From assembly GCA_050943375.1 (NCBI GenBank), contig JBMNPB010000001.1:102278-166277 (forward strand): 64,000 nucleotides of DNA, written 5' to 3'. This document shows, one piece after another, positions 1 to 10,959 of the stretch; within the stretch, counting starts at the first letter, position 1; each line of letters begins with the position of its first letter. This DNA comes from a bacterium. GTDB lineage: Bacteria; Bacillota; SLNR01; JBMNPB01. The notes under the pieces are model-generated. The model was not told the origin of the DNA. It made no database searches and saw only the letters and a list, made by a program, of their open reading frames with translations. Position numbers and translations under genes: made by a program.

Positions 1-884
1 AGAAGAGTCTGGCGATGCTGCGGGAGCGTTTCGCCAAACTCGAAGCGGTGGAAGACCGCCCGGTGCAGGACGGAGATTACACGGTCATTGATTTTACCGG
101 CTATATCGACGATAAACCGTTTCACGGAGGTGAGGCCAAAGATTTCAACTTGCAAATCGGTTCCGGTGCTTTTATTCCCGGTTTCGAAGAGCAGTTGATC
201 GGGGCCGCTAAGGACGAGACGAAGAAAATCACGGTAACGTTCCCGGAAGACTATCACAGCAAGGAACTGGCCGGCAAACCGGCAACCTTTGAGGTTACGG
301 TGCGGGAAATCAAGCAGCAAATTCTGCCGGAACTGGACGATGAATTTGCCAAAACGGCGAGCCGGTTCGATTCGCTGGAGGAATTAAAAAATGATATCGA
401 GAATAAGCTGAAGCAGGCGGCGGATGACAATGCCAAACGGAGACTTGAAAACGCGGTGGTCAGCCAGGCAGTCGACAACGCCGCGGTGGAAATACCGGCG
501 GCGATGATCGAGCGCCGCCTCGAACGGATGATTGCCGATCTGACGAGTGATTTGGAAAAACAGGGGGCGACGCTGGAGCAATATCTGGAATATTCGAAGA
601 AGACGCTTGAGGAACTGCGGCAGGATTTCAAGCCCGGCGTGGAGCGGGAAATCAAAACTGACCTCGTTCTGGCAAAAGTCGCCCGGGTGGAAAATCTGAC
701 GGCGGCGCCGGAAGAAGTTGACGCCGAAGTGGAGCGAGTCGCAAAAACTTATGGACAAGATCCTTTGCTGGTCAAACAGCGGTTTGCCGAACAGGGCAGT
801 TTGGCGGTCGTGGAAGAAGGGCTGGTCTTGCGCAAGGCAGTTGACTTTCTTGTTGCAAACGCCGCAGTGAAGCAAACCGATTAA
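1..884 (+). CDS. tig: trigger factor (C-terminal ~290 aa; 5' end outside window)
   Basis: Translation matches trigger-factor FKBP-PPIase and C-terminal chaperone domains (…GSGAFIPGFEEQLIGA…). The frame stays open to position 1 and stops at TAA 882-884. It is followed by the classic clpP-clpX gene order. Confidence 0.9.
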   Translation, partial: KSLAMLRERFAKLEAVEDRPVQDGDYTVIDFTGYIDDKPFHGGEAKDFNLQIGSGAFIPGFEEQLIGAAKDETKKITVTFPEDYHSKELAGKPATFEVTVREIKQQILPELDDEFAKTASRFDSLEELKNDIENKLKQAADDNAKRRLENAVVSQAVDNAAVEIPAAMIERRLERMIADLTSDLEKQGATLEQYLEYSKKTLEELRQDFKPGVEREIKTDLVLAKVARVENLTAAPEEVDAEVERVAKTYGQDPLLVKQRFAEQGSLAVVEEGLVLRKAVDFLVANAAVKQTD

Positions 885-901
885 AAGGGGCATAATATGC
901 A

Positions 902-946
902 CTGAGATTACGAATGGATAAACCTGAACGTAATCTCAGTTGATTT
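902..946 (+). terminator. tig-clpP intergenic hairpin (terminator/attenuator)
   Basis: Perfect 11-bp stem ctgagattacg/cgtaatctcag (902-912 and 929-939) followed by ttgattt. Confidence 0.45.
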
Positions 947-975
947 AGGAAATATTTGCGTGAGGTGAGTAAGGC

Positions 976-1572
976 ATGAATTTAGTTCCGATAGTTGTGG
1001 AGCAGACTAACCGGGGCGAAAGGTCGTACGATATTTATTCCCGGTTGCTTAAAGACCGGATTGTATTTATCGGCACACCGATTGATGACAACGTCGCCAG
1101 CCTTGTCATCGCCCAGTTGCTGTTCCTGGAAGGCGAAGACCCGGACAAGGAAATCAGCCTTTATATCAATTCGCCGGGCGGATTTGTCCACGCCGGATTG
1201 GCAATTTTTGATACACTCCAATATATTAAGCCGGACGTCTCGACGCTGTGCGTCGGTATGGCCGCCAGCATGGCCTCCGTGCTGTTGGCTGCCGGCACGA
1301 AAGGCAAGCGGTTTGCGTTGCCGAATTCCCGCATTATGATTCACCAGCCCTCGGGCGGAGCGCAGGGAACGGCCGCTGATATCGAGATTCACGCGCGAGA
1401 GATTCTCAAAACGCGGGAAATTATCACCCGGATTATGTCCGAACATACCGGGCAGCCGGAAGAGAGAATCGGCAAGGATATGGACCGTGATTTCTATATG
1501 TCTGCGGCCGAGGCAAAAGAGTATGGGATTGTGGACGCGATTCTTTCTTCTCGGAGTGGTTCGCGCAAGTAA
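976..1572 (+). CDS. clpP: ATP-dependent Clp protease proteolytic subunit
   Basis: 198-aa ORF with the ClpP serine-protease fold signature (…NSPGG…, …MIHQPSGG…). Confidence 0.95.
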   Translation: MNLVPIVVEQTNRGERSYDIYSRLLKDRIVFIGTPIDDNVASLVIAQLLFLEGEDPDKEISLYINSPGGFVHAGLAIFDTLQYIKPDVSTLCVGMAASMASVLLAAGTKGKRFALPNSRIMIHQPSGGAQGTAADIEIHAREILKTREIITRIMSEHTGQPEERIGKDMDRDFYMSAAEAKEYGIVDAILSSRSGSRK

Positions 1573-1591
1573 AGACGCGGAGGTGTCAGGC

Positions 1592-2857
1592 ATGTTCAAG
1601 TTCAATGATGAAAAAGGGCAGTTGAAGTGTTCATTCTGCGGGAAGACCCAGGACCAAGTCAAGAAGCTGGTAGCCGGCCCGAGCGTTTATATCTGCGACG
1701 AATGCATTGAACTATGCAATGAGATTATTGAAGAAGAACTGAGTGAAGAACTGGATTTCGATATCAAGGACATCCCCAAGCCGAAAGAAATTAAGGACAT
1801 TCTGGATCAATACGTCATTGGTCAGGATCGAGCTAAACGGACCTTGGCGGTCGCAGTCTACAATCATTATAAGCGCATCAACCTGGAGACAAAAATCGAC
1901 GATATCGAACTGACTAAGAGCAATATCGTCATGCTGGGTCCGACCGGGGTGGGGAAGACGTTGCTGGCCCAGACTCTGGCGCAAATCCTGAATGTTCCTT
2001 TCGCGATTGCGGACGCTACGTCCCTCACGGAAGCCGGCTATGTGGGCGAAGACGTGGAAAACATCCTTTTGAAACTAATTCAGGCCGCTGATTACGATGT
2101 GGAGAAAGCGGAAAGAGGCATTGTCTATATTGATGAAATCGACAAAATCGCCCGGAAGGCGGAGAACCCGTCGATTACCAGGGATGTCTCCGGGGAAGGG
2201 GTTCAACAGGCCCTGCTGAAAATCCTTGAGGGCACGGTGGCGAGTGTGCCGCCGCAAGGCGGACGCAAACATCCGCATCAGGAATTCATCCAAATTGATA
2301 CGACTAATGTCCTCTTTATCTGCGGCGGTGCTTTTGAGGGTGTCGAGAAAATAATCCAGAACCGGGTCAGCAAGAAAGTGCTTGGTTTCGGCGCCGATAT
2401 GAAAGGCCGCGACAAGAAACAGCTGGGGGAAATCCTCAAGCATATTCTCCCGGAAGATTTACTGAAGTACGGCTTGATTCCCGAGATGGTCGGAAGGTTG
2501 CCGGTGATTGTGACTCTTGACGCTCTGGACGAGGAGGCGCTGATCCGCATTCTGACCGAACCGCGTAATGCTCTTGTGAAGCAGTATCGTAAGTTTTTGG
2601 AAATGGATGAGGTCGATTTGGAGTTTGCCGACGATGCCCTGCGGGAAATCGCGAAAAAAGCGATGGAGCGAAAAACCGGGGCGAGGGGGCTGCGGGCAAT
2701 CATGGAAGAGATCATGCTGGGTGTAATGTATGAAATCCCTTCCCGCGAGAATATCGCGAAATGCCTGGTTACCAAGGAGGCGGTTGTCAAAAAGCAGGAA
2801 CCATTGCTGGTGACGACCGATACCAAAAAATCGAAAAAGCGAGAAGAAACCGCATAA
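1592..2857 (+). CDS. clpX: ATP-dependent Clp protease ATP-binding subunit ClpX
   Basis: ATG 1592 preceded by ggaggtg. N-terminal zinc-binding motif (CSFCGK…YICDECI), Walker A GPTGVGKT and the ClpX IGF-loop region. The upstream in-frame extension in the ORF track is not used. Confidence 0.95.
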   Translation: MFKFNDEKGQLKCSFCGKTQDQVKKLVAGPSVYICDECIELCNEIIEEELSEELDFDIKDIPKPKEIKDILDQYVIGQDRAKRTLAVAVYNHYKRINLETKIDDIELTKSNIVMLGPTGVGKTLLAQTLAQILNVPFAIADATSLTEAGYVGEDVENILLKLIQAADYDVEKAERGIVYIDEIDKIARKAENPSITRDVSGEGVQQALLKILEGTVASVPPQGGRKHPHQEFIQIDTTNVLFICGGAFEGVEKIIQNRVSKKVLGFGADMKGRDKKQLGEILKHILPEDLLKYGLIPEMVGRLPVIVTLDALDEEALIRILTEPRNALVKQYRKFLEMDEVDLEFADDALREIAKKAMERKTGARGLRAIMEEIMLGVMYEIPSRENIAKCLVTKEAVVKKQEPLLVTTDTKKSKKREETA

Positions 2858-2885
2858 GCACGGCTGACAGCCGTGCTTTCTCGTT
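2857..2885 (+). terminator. rho-independent terminator after clpX
   Basis: 8-bp stem agcacggc/gccgtgct with a 5-nt loop, followed by a T-run (tttctcgtt). Confidence 0.55.
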
Positions 2886-3012
2886 AATATCTGGGTTTTC
2901 TGCCTCTTTTTTAGTAGCATGACGGACACAGCCCGACCGGATAAAATCGGTTCGGCAAGAAATACTAATATTGCCCGCAATAATAGAGAGAGAATAAGGA
3001 GGCAGGGAACCG

Positions 3013-4701
3013 ATGACTTCAAACCTAGGCGCATTTACGGTAATTCAGTTTCTGTTTTTGCTGATTATCATGTTTTATTTCATGAATTATTTCCGCGGCC
3101 AGCAAGGCACCCGCGTTGCTGTAGCTAAAGAATCGCGCAAGGAAATAGAAAAGCTGCAACGGCTGCGCTCGATATCTTTGACGGAACCGTTGTCCGAAAA
3201 GACCCGGCCGACCACGTTCGCGGATATTGTCGGTCAGGGGGAGGGGTTGAAGGCGTTGCGGGCCGCCCTCTGCGGACCAAATCCCCAGCATATCATCATC
3301 TACGGTCCACCCGGCGTCGGCAAAACAGCCGCGGCCAGGCTGATACTGGAAGAAGCGAAGCAGAATCCGCTGTCGCCCTTCAAAGAATGGGCCAAGTTTA
3401 TTGAGATTGACGCCACAACAGCCCGTTTCGATGAACGGGGAATTGCGGACCCGCTGATTGGTTCAGTGCACGATCCTCTTTATCAGGGGGCGGGGCCGAT
3501 GGGAATTGCCGGCATCCCCCAGCCGAAGCCGGGTGCGGTGACGCGGGCGCATGGCGGTATTCTCTTCCTGGATGAAATTGGTGAGCTCCACCCGGTGCAG
3601 ATGAACAAACTCCTGAAAGTTCTGGAGGACCGGAAAGTAATTCTGGAAAGCGCTTATTACAATCCGGAAGACCCGGGAGTGCCGTCGCATATCAAAGATA
3701 TTTTCGATAACGGTATGCCGGCCGATTTCCGTCTGGTCGGGGCAACAACGAAGACACCGCAGGATATCTCTCCGGCTATTCGTTCCCGCTGCGTAGAAAT
3801 TTTCTTCCGGGCGCTGACGCCGGAAGAGGTTGGGAGCATCGCTGCCAACGCGGTTCGTAAGATCAATTTTACCATCGAGGAGAAAGCGCTCGAAGTGATT
3901 ACGCAGTACGCGACGAACGGTCGGGAAGCGGTCAATATCGTCCAGATTGCCGCCGGCTTAGCCATGGGCAATAAGACAAGCTGCATTGACACCAAAACTG
4001 TCGAATGGGTTGTGAACTGCAGCCAATATTCACCCCGGCCGGACCGCAAAATCCATGAACAACCACTAATCGGCTATGCGAACGGTCTGGCGATGCACGG
4101 TGCCGGCCTTGGGATGCTGGTGGAAGTAGAGGTGTCGGCCATCCCCGCCGAGCCGGGTCAAGGGCAGGTAACAGTAACCGGAATCGTTGACGAGGAAGAG
4201 ATCGGCACTCCCGGAAAAACAATGCGTCGCAAGAGCGCCGTCAAAGGTTCGGTGGAAAATGTGCTAACAGTGCTGCGCCATTATTTCGACGCCAAAACGC
4301 GGGACTATGATATTCACTTGAATTTTCCCGGCGGGATTCCCCTCGACGGACCGTCAGCCGGCATCACCATTGCTGTCGCCATCTATTCCGCCTTGACAAA
4401 CACCCCCGTGGACAACACCGCGGCGATGACGGGGGAGGTGTCCATCCGCGGCTGTGTCAAACCGGTCGGCGGTGTTATCGCCAAAGTGGAAGCAGCCCGT
4501 CAGGCCGGGGCCAAGCGCGTCCTCATTCCGCGGGCTAACTGGCAGGAGGCCTTCCGGGATATGGCGGAGATTGAAGTCATCCCGGTGGAAACACTGAAAG
4601 AAGTCTTCCGGCAAGTGCTGGTTTCGGCACCGGGGGTTAGCCAGACGAGTATTATCCCTCCCCAGGGGAAAGTCATCACCGCCTCGAAAATGGGGGGATA
4701 A
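3013..4701 (+). CDS. lonB: sporulation-type Lon protease LonB (membrane-anchored AAA+ protease)
   Basis: N-terminal transmembrane helix, AAA+ Walker [11 protein letters not shown] and a Lon proteolytic domain (…DGPSAGI…). Near-collinear with B. subtilis LonB. RBS aaggagg upstream. Position between clpX and lon is as in B. subtilis. Confidence 0.9.
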   Translation: MTSNLGAFTVIQFLFLLIIMFYFMNYFRGQQGTRVAVAKESRKEIEKLQRLRSISLTEPLSEKTRPTTFADIVGQGEGLKALRAALCGPNPQHIIIYGPPGVGKTAAARLILEEAKQNPLSPFKEWAKFIEIDATTARFDERGIADPLIGSVHDPLYQGAGPMGIAGIPQPKPGAVTRAHGGILFLDEIGELHPVQMNKLLKVLEDRKVILESAYYNPEDPGVPSHIKDIFDNGMPADFRLVGATTKTPQDISPAIRSRCVEIFFRALTPEEVGSIAANAVRKINFTIEEKALEVITQYATNGREAVNIVQIAAGLAMGNKTSCIDTKTVEWVVNCSQYSPRPDRKIHEQPLIGYANGLAMHGAGLGMLVEVEVSAIPAEPGQGQVTVTGIVDEEEIGTPGKTMRRKSAVKGSVENVLTVLRHYFDAKTRDYDIHLNFPGGIPLDGPSAGITIAVAIYSALTNTPVDNTAAMTGEVSIRGCVKPVGGVIAKVEAARQAGAKRVLIPRANWQEAFRDMAEIEVIPVETLKEVFRQVLVSAPGVSQTSIIPPQGKVITASKMGG

Positions 4702-4705
4702 ACCA

Positions 4706-4742
4706 AACCCTGTTGCAGATACTGTAACAGGGTTTGACTTTC
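4706..4742 (+). terminator. hairpin after lonB
   Basis: 9-bp stem aaccctgtt/aacagggtt with a weak U tract (tgacttt). Confidence 0.35.
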
Positions 4743-4850
4743 TGGGGAGAGCATTGCCGCCAGATGGGCGGCAGGAAACGGCCGGCAGCAGCGAGAATAG
4801 TTAATGCAGAGTCTGGCGGAGGCGGCCGGAAAGCCGGAAAAGGAGGGAAA

Positions 4851-7202
4851 ATGATGGGCAAAGACGGATTGGTGCATGAAATACCGCTTCTTCCGCTGCG
4901 GGGAGTGATGGTATTCCCATATATGGTTATCCATCTGGACGTGGGACGCGATAAATCCATCAAAGCGCTCGACAAGGCGATGCTGATGGATCGGCTGATT
5001 TTGCTGGTGACTCAGAAAGATGCCAAAACGGATGAGCCGAAAGCGGGCGATCTGTACCGGGTCGGCACAATTGCCGAAATCAAGCAGTTGATTAAGATAC
5101 CTGGCGGAGCTATCAAGGTTCTGGTCGAAGGTATTGCCCGGGCAAAAATCATTGAATATCTGCCCGAAGACAGTTTACTCTTCGCCCGGGCCGAGGAAAT
5201 TCCCGACAACGAAGAGAAGACGACGGAAACCGAGGCGCTCATGCGCAGTGTCCTCAAACAGTTCGAACAGTATACGAAACTAAGCAAAAAGGTGCCGCCG
5301 GATACCCTCGTCTCCATTGCCAATATTGAGGACGGCGGCCGCCTGGCCGATATTATCGCTGCTCATATCACTCTGAAAATAGAAGACAAACAGGATGTTC
5401 TTGAGTCGTTTTCGGTCCGGGCGAGGCTGGAGAGAATCTATGGTCTTCTCCTCAGGGAAATCGAGGTTCTTGACTTGGAACGTCGCATCGGTATCCGCGT
5501 CCGCAAGCAGATGGAAAAGACGCAGAAAGAGTATTATCTGCGCGAGCAGCTCAAGGCGATCCAGAAAGAATTGGGCGAAAAGGATGAACGCTTAGCCGAG
5601 GTAGATGAAATCAGAGCTAAAGTTAAAGGTCTTGCCCTGCCGCCGGAAGTCGAAGAAAAAGTGATAAAAGAAGTGGAGCGGTTTGAGAGGATGCCGCCCA
5701 TGGCCGCGGAAGCGGTCGTGGTCCGCAATTATCTCGATTGGGTGCTGGCACTGCCCTGGACGAAGCAGACGGAGGACCGGCTCAATATTGATATCGCCGA
5801 GCAGATTCTGGATGAAGATCATTACGGGCTGAAGAAAGTAAAAGAAAGGATTCTCGAGTATCTCGCCATTCGTAGCCTCGCGAAAAAAATCAAAGGCCCC
5901 ATTCTCTGCCTCGTGGGGCCACCGGGAGTCGGCAAGACATCACTGGCCAAGTCGGTGGCCAGGGCTCTGAAGCGGAAATTTATCCGGATTTCCCTCGGGG
6001 GGGTGCGGGATGAGGCGGAAATCCGCGGGCACCGGCGGACGTATGTGGGCGCCATGCCCGGGCGAATCATTCAGGGGATGCGGCAGGCCGATTCGAAGAA
6101 TCCCGTTTTTTTGATGGATGAAATCGACAAGATGAACGCTGACTTTCGCGGCGACCCGTCCTCCGCTTTGCTGGAGGTGTTGGACCCGGAGCAGAATAAC
6201 TCTTTCAGCGACCATTATATCGAGATACCTTTTGACTTGTCAAAAGTGCTGTTTATTACCACGGCTAACGCCATGCACAATATTCCCCGGCCGCTTCTGG
6301 ACCGGATGGAAGTAATCTATCTGGCAGGTTATACGGAAGAGGAGAAAGTCCAAATCGGTGTCCGCTATCTGCTGCCCAAACAGATTGCGGAACACGGCCT
6401 GCAGAAGGAGAATCTGAAATTCGGCAAAAACGTCCTGCTGAAGATTATCCGCGAATACACCCGGGAAGCCGGAGTAAGAAACCTGGAGCGGGAGATAGCG
6501 ACGATCTGCCGTAAAACAGCCCGGAAAATCGTCCAGTCCAAGACGAAGACGGTTAGTGTGACCGTGCGTAATTTGGAAATGTATCTGGGGACGCCCCGCT
6601 ACCGTTTCGGGACGGCTGAAAAAGAAAACGAGATCGGCGTCGCCACCGGTGCCGCCTGGACGGAAACCGGTGGAGACATTCTGTCCATCGAAGCGACTTT
6701 GATGAAAGGCAAAGGCAATCTTCTGCTGACCGGAAAGCTGGGCGAGGTCATGCGGGAATCGGCCCAGGCCGGGTTTAGTTATATCCGGGCCAAGGCGTCG
6801 GAGTTAAACGTAGATGATCAGTTCCAGGATAAACATGATGTCCATATTCATATCCCGGAGGGAGCCATCCCCAAAGACGGACCTTCCGCCGGAATAACGA
6901 TGGCGACGGCGGTTATTTCGGCTTTGACCGGCCGTCCGGTCCGGCGGGATGTAGCCATGACCGGAGAAATCACTCTCCGGGGAAGAGTGCTGCCGGTGGG
7001 AGGAATTAAGGAGAAAGTGCTTGCCGCGCACCGCGGCGGAATTAAGACAATGCTGCTGCCGGTTGACAACAAGAAAGACTTGGAGGAAATTCCGGCCAAC
7101 ATCCAGCGTAAACTGGAGTTCGTCTTTGTGGAACACTTGGATGAGGTTCTTCCGGTGGCTTTGGCTCCGTCGGAAAGTGAGAAGAATGGTGCGGATAATT
7201 AA
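4851..7202 (+). CDS. lon: ATP-dependent protease La (LonA)
   Basis: ATG 4851 with RBS aggaggg. LON N-domain, Walker [10 protein letters not shown] and proteolytic Ser motif DGPSAGITM. The ORF-track start at 4734 lacks an RBS and is rejected. Confidence 0.93.
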   Translation: MMGKDGLVHEIPLLPLRGVMVFPYMVIHLDVGRDKSIKALDKAMLMDRLILLVTQKDAKTDEPKAGDLYRVGTIAEIKQLIKIPGGAIKVLVEGIARAKIIEYLPEDSLLFARAEEIPDNEEKTTETEALMRSVLKQFEQYTKLSKKVPPDTLVSIANIEDGGRLADIIAAHITLKIEDKQDVLESFSVRARLERIYGLLLREIEVLDLERRIGIRVRKQMEKTQKEYYLREQLKAIQKELGEKDERLAEVDEIRAKVKGLALPPEVEEKVIKEVERFERMPPMAAEAVVVRNYLDWVLALPWTKQTEDRLNIDIAEQILDEDHYGLKKVKERILEYLAIRSLAKKIKGPILCLVGPPGVGKTSLAKSVARALKRKFIRISLGGVRDEAEIRGHRRTYVGAMPGRIIQGMRQADSKNPVFLMDEIDKMNADFRGDPSSALLEVLDPEQNNSFSDHYIEIPFDLSKVLFITTANAMHNIPRPLLDRMEVIYLAGYTEEEKVQIGVRYLLPKQIAEHGLQKENLKFGKNVLLKIIREYTREAGVRNLEREIATICRKTARKIVQSKTKTVSVTVRNLEMYLGTPRYRFGTAEKENEIGVATGAAWTETGGDILSIEATLMKGKGNLLLTGKLGEVMRESAQAGFSYIRAKASELNVDDQFQDKHDVHIHIPEGAIPKDGPSAGITMATAVISALTGRPVRRDVAMTGEITLRGRVLPVGGIKEKVLAAHRGGIKTMLLPVDNKKDLEEIPANIQRKLEFVFVEHLDEVLPVALAPSESEKNGADN

Positions 7203-7776
7203 GGCCGAACTGGCCATCAGCGCGGCTTCCCCGCGCCAGTTCCCGGCTGGCGGATTGCCGGAGATAGCGTTTGTCGGCCGCTCCAATGTGGGAAAATCAT
7301 CACTGCTTAATAATTTGCTGGGCCGGCGAGGATTGGCACGGACCAGTAGTCAACCGGGGAAAACCCGCCTGTTCAATTTTTATCTGATCAACGACCGCTT
7401 CTATTTCGTTGACTTGCCCGGATACGGTTATGCCCGGGTTTCCCGGGCGGAGCGGCAACGGTGGAGACAATTCATCGACCAATACCTGAAAGGCCGCGAA
7501 CCGCTCCGCTGCGTCCTGCAACTGATCGATATCAGGCATGAGCCGCAGGAGAACGACCGGAATATGATCGCCTGGCTGCGGGAGTGCAACCTGCCGGTGG
7601 TCATCGCGGCTACTAAAGCGGACAAAATTGCCCGGGGGCGCTGGCAGCAGCACCTGGCCCGAATCCGCCGCTGTCTTGCTCTGGAACCGGGAACCTCGCT
7701 CGTTCCTTTTTCGTCGGTGGCGGGGGATGGTAGAGATGAACTCTGGCAGTTGCTCGGCGGTTTCTTGGAGAATTAA
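7186..7776 (+). CDS. engB: ribosome biogenesis GTP-binding protein YsxC/EngB
   Basis: G1 motif [10 protein letters not shown] and G3 motif DLPGYG. Start ATG 7186 overlaps the lon stop. Position after lon is as in Bacillus. Confidence 0.85.
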   Translation: MVRIIKAELAISAASPRQFPAGGLPEIAFVGRSNVGKSSLLNNLLGRRGLARTSSQPGKTRLFNFYLINDRFYFVDLPGYGYARVSRAERQRWRQFIDQYLKGREPLRCVLQLIDIRHEPQENDRNMIAWLRECNLPVVIAATKADKIARGRWQQHLARIRRCLALEPGTSLVPFSSVAGDGRDELWQLLGGFLEN

Positions 7777-7790
7777 ATTGGTTTTCATCA

Positions 7791-7814
7791 AAGGGTTGCG
7801 CCAGCGCAACCCTT
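7791..7814. terminator. bidirectional terminator between engB and the convergent ABC operon
   Basis: 10-bp stem aagggttgcg/cgcaaccctt with loop ccag, flanked by an A-run and a T-run. It sits between two convergent stop codons. Confidence 0.6.
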
Positions 7815-7816
7815 TT

Positions 7817-8665
7817 TCATTCATTCCACTTCAGGAAATGACTCTCCAAATGAGCAACGGCGCGGTAAAGCACTCCGGCCATAACGCAGAGGATGAGGAC
7901 GCTGGTCATAACAAGGCCGAGATTGAAGACTTGGCCGCCGTAAATTATCAGATAGCCGAGACCGGCCCGGGAAACGAGAAATTCTCCGGTGATGACCCCG
8001 ACGAAGGAGAGGCCGACGTTGACTTTCAGGGCGGCCATCATGGTCGGAACGCTGGCCGGCAGGACCACATGGCGCATAATTTGCCAGCGGGTGGCGCCGA
8101 AGGTCTGGAGGACCTTGATTTTGTTCCGATCGACGTTCTGGAAGCCGGAATAGACGACGGTGACGGTAATAATGCTGGAGATGGCGAGAGCCATGGCGAT
8201 AATTGTCCAGAGAGTACTCCCGAGCCAGACGATGAAGATGGGGCCGAAGGCAACTTTAGGGGTGCTGTTCAGGACAATCAGATAAGGGTCCAGGACGCGG
8301 GAGAGGAAATCGGACCACCAGAGAAGAACGGCGACAATAATGCCGACAATCGTCCCGATCACAAAGCCGGCAACTGTTTCCAGGCACGTGAAGCCGATGT
8401 GGCGGAAGATGCTGCCGTCAGCAGCCAGGCGCCGGAACGTCGCCCAGACGAGGCTCGGTTTGCTGGTCAGGAAATCGTTAATCATTTTTCGATCGGCGGC
8501 CCATTCCCAGAGCCAGAAAAAGAAGATAAGTAGCAGGACCTGCGCAAGGCTAACGGCGAGATTGCGTAAGCGCATCCGGCGCAGATAAGCGGCGTGATCG
8601 GGAGTGACGGCGCCGCGGGTCAGATAATGATCGAGCAGACCGAATACTGTTCGCCGTTTAGACAC
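7817..8665 (-). CDS. ABC transporter permease (NitT/TauT/SsuC-like family)
   Basis: 282-aa polytopic membrane protein with the ABC TM1-type EAA-like loop. Overlaps the ATPase gene by 8 nt in an operon arrangement. Confidence 0.85.
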   Translation of the reverse strand: MSKRRTVFGLLDHYLTRGAVTPDHAAYLRRMRLRNLAVSLAQVLLLIFFFWLWEWAADRKMINDFLTSKPSLVWATFRRLAADGSIFRHIGFTCLETVAGFVIGTIVGIIVAVLLWWSDFLSRVLDPYLIVLNSTPKVAFGPIFIVWLGSTLWTIIAMALAISSIITVTVVYSGFQNVDRNKIKVLQTFGATRWQIMRHVVLPASVPTMMAALKVNVGLSFVGVITGEFLVSRAGLGYLIIYGGQVFNLGLVMTSVLILCVMAGVLYRAVAHLESHFLKWNE

Positions 8666-9431
8666 GGACGTCCAACTCCTCCCAGATGAGATCGAAATAA
8701 GTGTTGAATTCAGGCGCCTCCCGCGCCGTGAACGGGGTGAGATGCGTGCCGGTCAGACGGATGGGATGGTCGCTTTTGATGGTGCCGGGTCGCCGGCTGA
8801 TCACAATGACCCGGTCAGACAGAGAGATGGCTTCAGAGATGTCGTGGGTGACCAGAATGACCGTTTTGCCGGCCTGACGGAGAATCTGGTGCACTTCGCC
8901 TTCCAGTGTAAGGCGCGTCTGATAATCGAGAGCGGAGAATGGTTCGTCCAGAAGGAAGATCTCCGGGTCGACCGCCATGGTTCGGATGAGCGCCGCCCGC
9001 TGCCGCATCCCGCCGGACAACTGACGAGGGTAATGGTCTTTGAACGCCCCGAGGCCATATTTATCAAGGAGGGTGCTAACGCGCCGCCGCGTCTCCGGCG
9101 TGGCTTTGCCCTGGATTTCCGGGCCGAGGAGAGCGTTGCCGAAAATGGTGCGCCATTCGAAAAGGTAATCCTGTTGGAGCATGTAACCGATTTTGCGGGA
9201 AGGTTCGCTCACTTCCGAGCCATCAATGTAAGCCCGGCCGACCGTCGGCCGCACAAGGCCGGCGATGACGGAGAGCAAAGTGCTTTTACCGCAGCCGCTG
9301 GGGCCGACGATGCTGATAAACTCCCCGTCGCGGACGACAAAGGAAATATCGGCCAAAGCGGCTGTCTCCCCGCCCGTCATTACATAATTGACCGAAACAT
9401 GTTCCAACCTGACTTTGCTGTCTACCGCCAA
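8658..9431 (-). CDS. ABC transporter ATP-binding protein (SsuB/TauB-like)
   Basis: Walker A GPSGCGKST, ABC signature LSGGMRQR, Walker B FLLDEPFSALD. Confidence 0.9.
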   Translation of the reverse strand: MAVDSKVRLEHVSVNYVMTGGETAALADISFVVRDGEFISIVGPSGCGKSTLLSVIAGLVRPTVGRAYIDGSEVSEPSRKIGYMLQQDYLFEWRTIFGNALLGPEIQGKATPETRRRVSTLLDKYGLGAFKDHYPRQLSGGMRQRAALIRTMAVDPEIFLLDEPFSALDYQTRLTLEGEVHQILRQAGKTVILVTHDISEAISLSDRVIVISRRPGTIKSDHPIRLTGTHLTPFTAREAPEFNTYFDLIWEELDVRV

Positions 9432-9494
9432 AATTTTTGCCTCCTTACGGCCGGTAGTCGGGCGGGGCCGTTATCGGTCCCGCCCAACCGGGCG

Positions 9495-10514
9495 TTATTT
9501 TACCCTCCGCAGTGTTTCTTCCGCAAATTCAGTCGTCACAATCGTTTCATAAGGGATGGGCTCGGCCAGTTCGCCGGCCTCAATCATAATCGTCTGCAGG
9601 CGGTCAAGGGATTCTTTGCTCATCACCGGATTTGGCGCCCAAGAGCCTTGCGCTTTGTACCGCTCCACCGATTTGACGATTTCCTCCCGCTCCGTATCCG
9701 GGAAATATTCAAGGATGACGTCGGTGACTTCTTCGGCCGAATGGTTTTCGACCCAGAGCTGGCCGCGGTAAACGGCGTTAGTGAATTTTTGCAGGACTTC
9801 CGGGTTCGCCGCGGCGTATTCTTTGGTGGCGTGATAGACGGTATAAGGCAGCTGGCCGCCTTCGATGCCGAAGGAAGCGACGATATGGGCGGTACCGGTC
9901 CGCTCGAAGGCGGAGGCGGTAGGTTCGAACAATTGGATGAAATCACCCATACCACCTTGGAAGGCGCCGGCGGTGGCATTGAACTGGATATTCTGGACCA
10001 TGTCCAGGTCCCCATGGGGATCAATGCCGTTCTCCCGCAGGACATATTCCATGATCATCTGCGGCACGCCGCCCGCGCGTCCCCCGATAATCGTCTTACC
10101 CCGCACGTCGTCCCAGGTGAAGTCAGGCTGCGGCTCCCGGGACAGGAAGAAGGAGCCGTCCGTAGCGGTAAGCTGGGCGAAGGCGATGAAATGGTTCTCC
10201 GCGCCCTGAGCGGCTACATAGATTCCGGCTTCGGGGCCGAACAGGGCAATATCGGCAGTGCCGGCCAGCAGGTCGGCGGCCCCTTTGTCGGCCCCCCAGG
10301 CTGTGGTGAGTTCCGTGATATCGAGGCCTTCGGCAGCAAAGAACCCTTCTTTAAGAGCGACATACTGGGGAGCGTAGAATACGGACCGGACGACCTCGGA
10401 CAGCCGGACCTCCGGCAGTGCCCCTTCCGTTCGGCCGCCGCACCCGCCGGCAGCCCCGGCCACGGCCACCAAAAGCAGGACAAGGCTGAGCTTTACCAGA
10501 TTACTTCTTATCAC
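9495..10514 (-). CDS. ABC transporter substrate-binding lipoprotein (NMT1/THI5-SsuA-like)
   Basis: Signal peptide with lipobox (…VAVAGAAGGC). Periplasmic binding-protein fold typical of the sulfonate/nitrate/HMP binding family. GTG start with RBS agggaggg. Confidence 0.8.
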   Translation of the reverse strand: MIRSNLVKLSLVLLLVAVAGAAGGCGGRTEGALPEVRLSEVVRSVFYAPQYVALKEGFFAAEGLDITELTTAWGADKGAADLLAGTADIALFGPEAGIYVAAQGAENHFIAFAQLTATDGSFFLSREPQPDFTWDDVRGKTIIGGRAGGVPQMIMEYVLRENGIDPHGDLDMVQNIQFNATAGAFQGGMGDFIQLFEPTASAFERTGTAHIVASFGIEGGQLPYTVYHATKEYAAANPEVLQKFTNAVYRGQLWVENHSAEEVTDVILEYFPDTEREEIVKSVERYKAQGSWAPNPVMSKESLDRLQTIMIEAGELAEPIPYETIVTTEFAEETLRRVK

Positions 10515-10635
10515 ACCAATCCCTCCCTGTTTCTATTCAGAAGCGGCGGCGGGACTTTATCCCGCCTTGTTTATTGTATTAAGGTCCTGGCTCATCGGTG
10601 ATTAGCGCACAAAAAAAGAAGCGGCTCGCCGAAAG

Positions 10636-10663
10636 GTTGACACGGCCACAGGTTGGTGTATAA
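10636..10663 (+). promoter_or_regulatory. sigmaA-type promoter for the valS leader (TTGACA-16-TATAAT)
   Basis: ttgaca 10636-10641 and tataat 10658-10663, positioned to start the T-box leader. Confidence 0.5.
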
Positions 10664-10669
10664 TATAAG

Positions 10670-10925
10670 AATAAACATCAATAATAATGACAACAGCAAA
10701 GAAAGGGAGAAGTAGACTGTTTTCACCGTCAGAGAAGGAGGTGTCAGGTGTAAGCCTCCCCGGTTGGAAACTCTCGAAGGTCGCCTTGGAGCTTCCGGGC
10801 TGAAGGCAGTAAGCCCGGGCGGGTACGCCCGTTACTGCGCCGAGTGTCCCGGCCCCGGTCGGGGAACTAAGGTGGTACCGCGGAAATGAACCCTTTCCGT
10901 CCTTATGGGCGGCGAGGGTTTTGTT
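10670..10925 (+). promoter_or_regulatory. T-box riboswitch leader of valS (with intrinsic terminator 10891-10925)
   Basis: AGAGA (GA/K-turn) box at ~10731. AGTA-like box (gcagtaa). Conserved T-box sequence aactaaGGTGGTACCGCGg at 10865-10883. A terminator hairpin ccctttccgtcc/gggcggcgaggg plus a U-run follows directly. Sits upstream of an aminoacyl-tRNA synthetase gene. Confidence 0.8.
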
Positions 10926-10959
10926 ATTGAGGCTAAATCTTGCGATGGGAGGACTGTGC

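Noticed and set aside
7628-8533. 301-aa plus-strand ORF
   Set aside because: Antisense to the ABC permease. Acidic/Gly-rich low-complexity product.
10547-10585. Hairpin ggcgggactttatcccgcc plus T-run on the plus strand upstream of the minus-strand ABC operon
   Set aside because: No upstream plus-strand transcript to terminate, and no U-run on the minus strand. Significance unclear, so not called.
8742-10601. 619-aa ORF on the plus strand
   Set aside because: Antisense to the well-supported ABC ATPase and substrate-binding genes. Low-complexity Gly/Arg/Pro-rich translation typical of GC-rich antisense frames. No RBS.
10921-10959. Upstream ATG (10921) for valS
   Set aside because: Lies within the T-box terminator stem. 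ATG 10960 has a proper RBS and matches ValRS N-termini.
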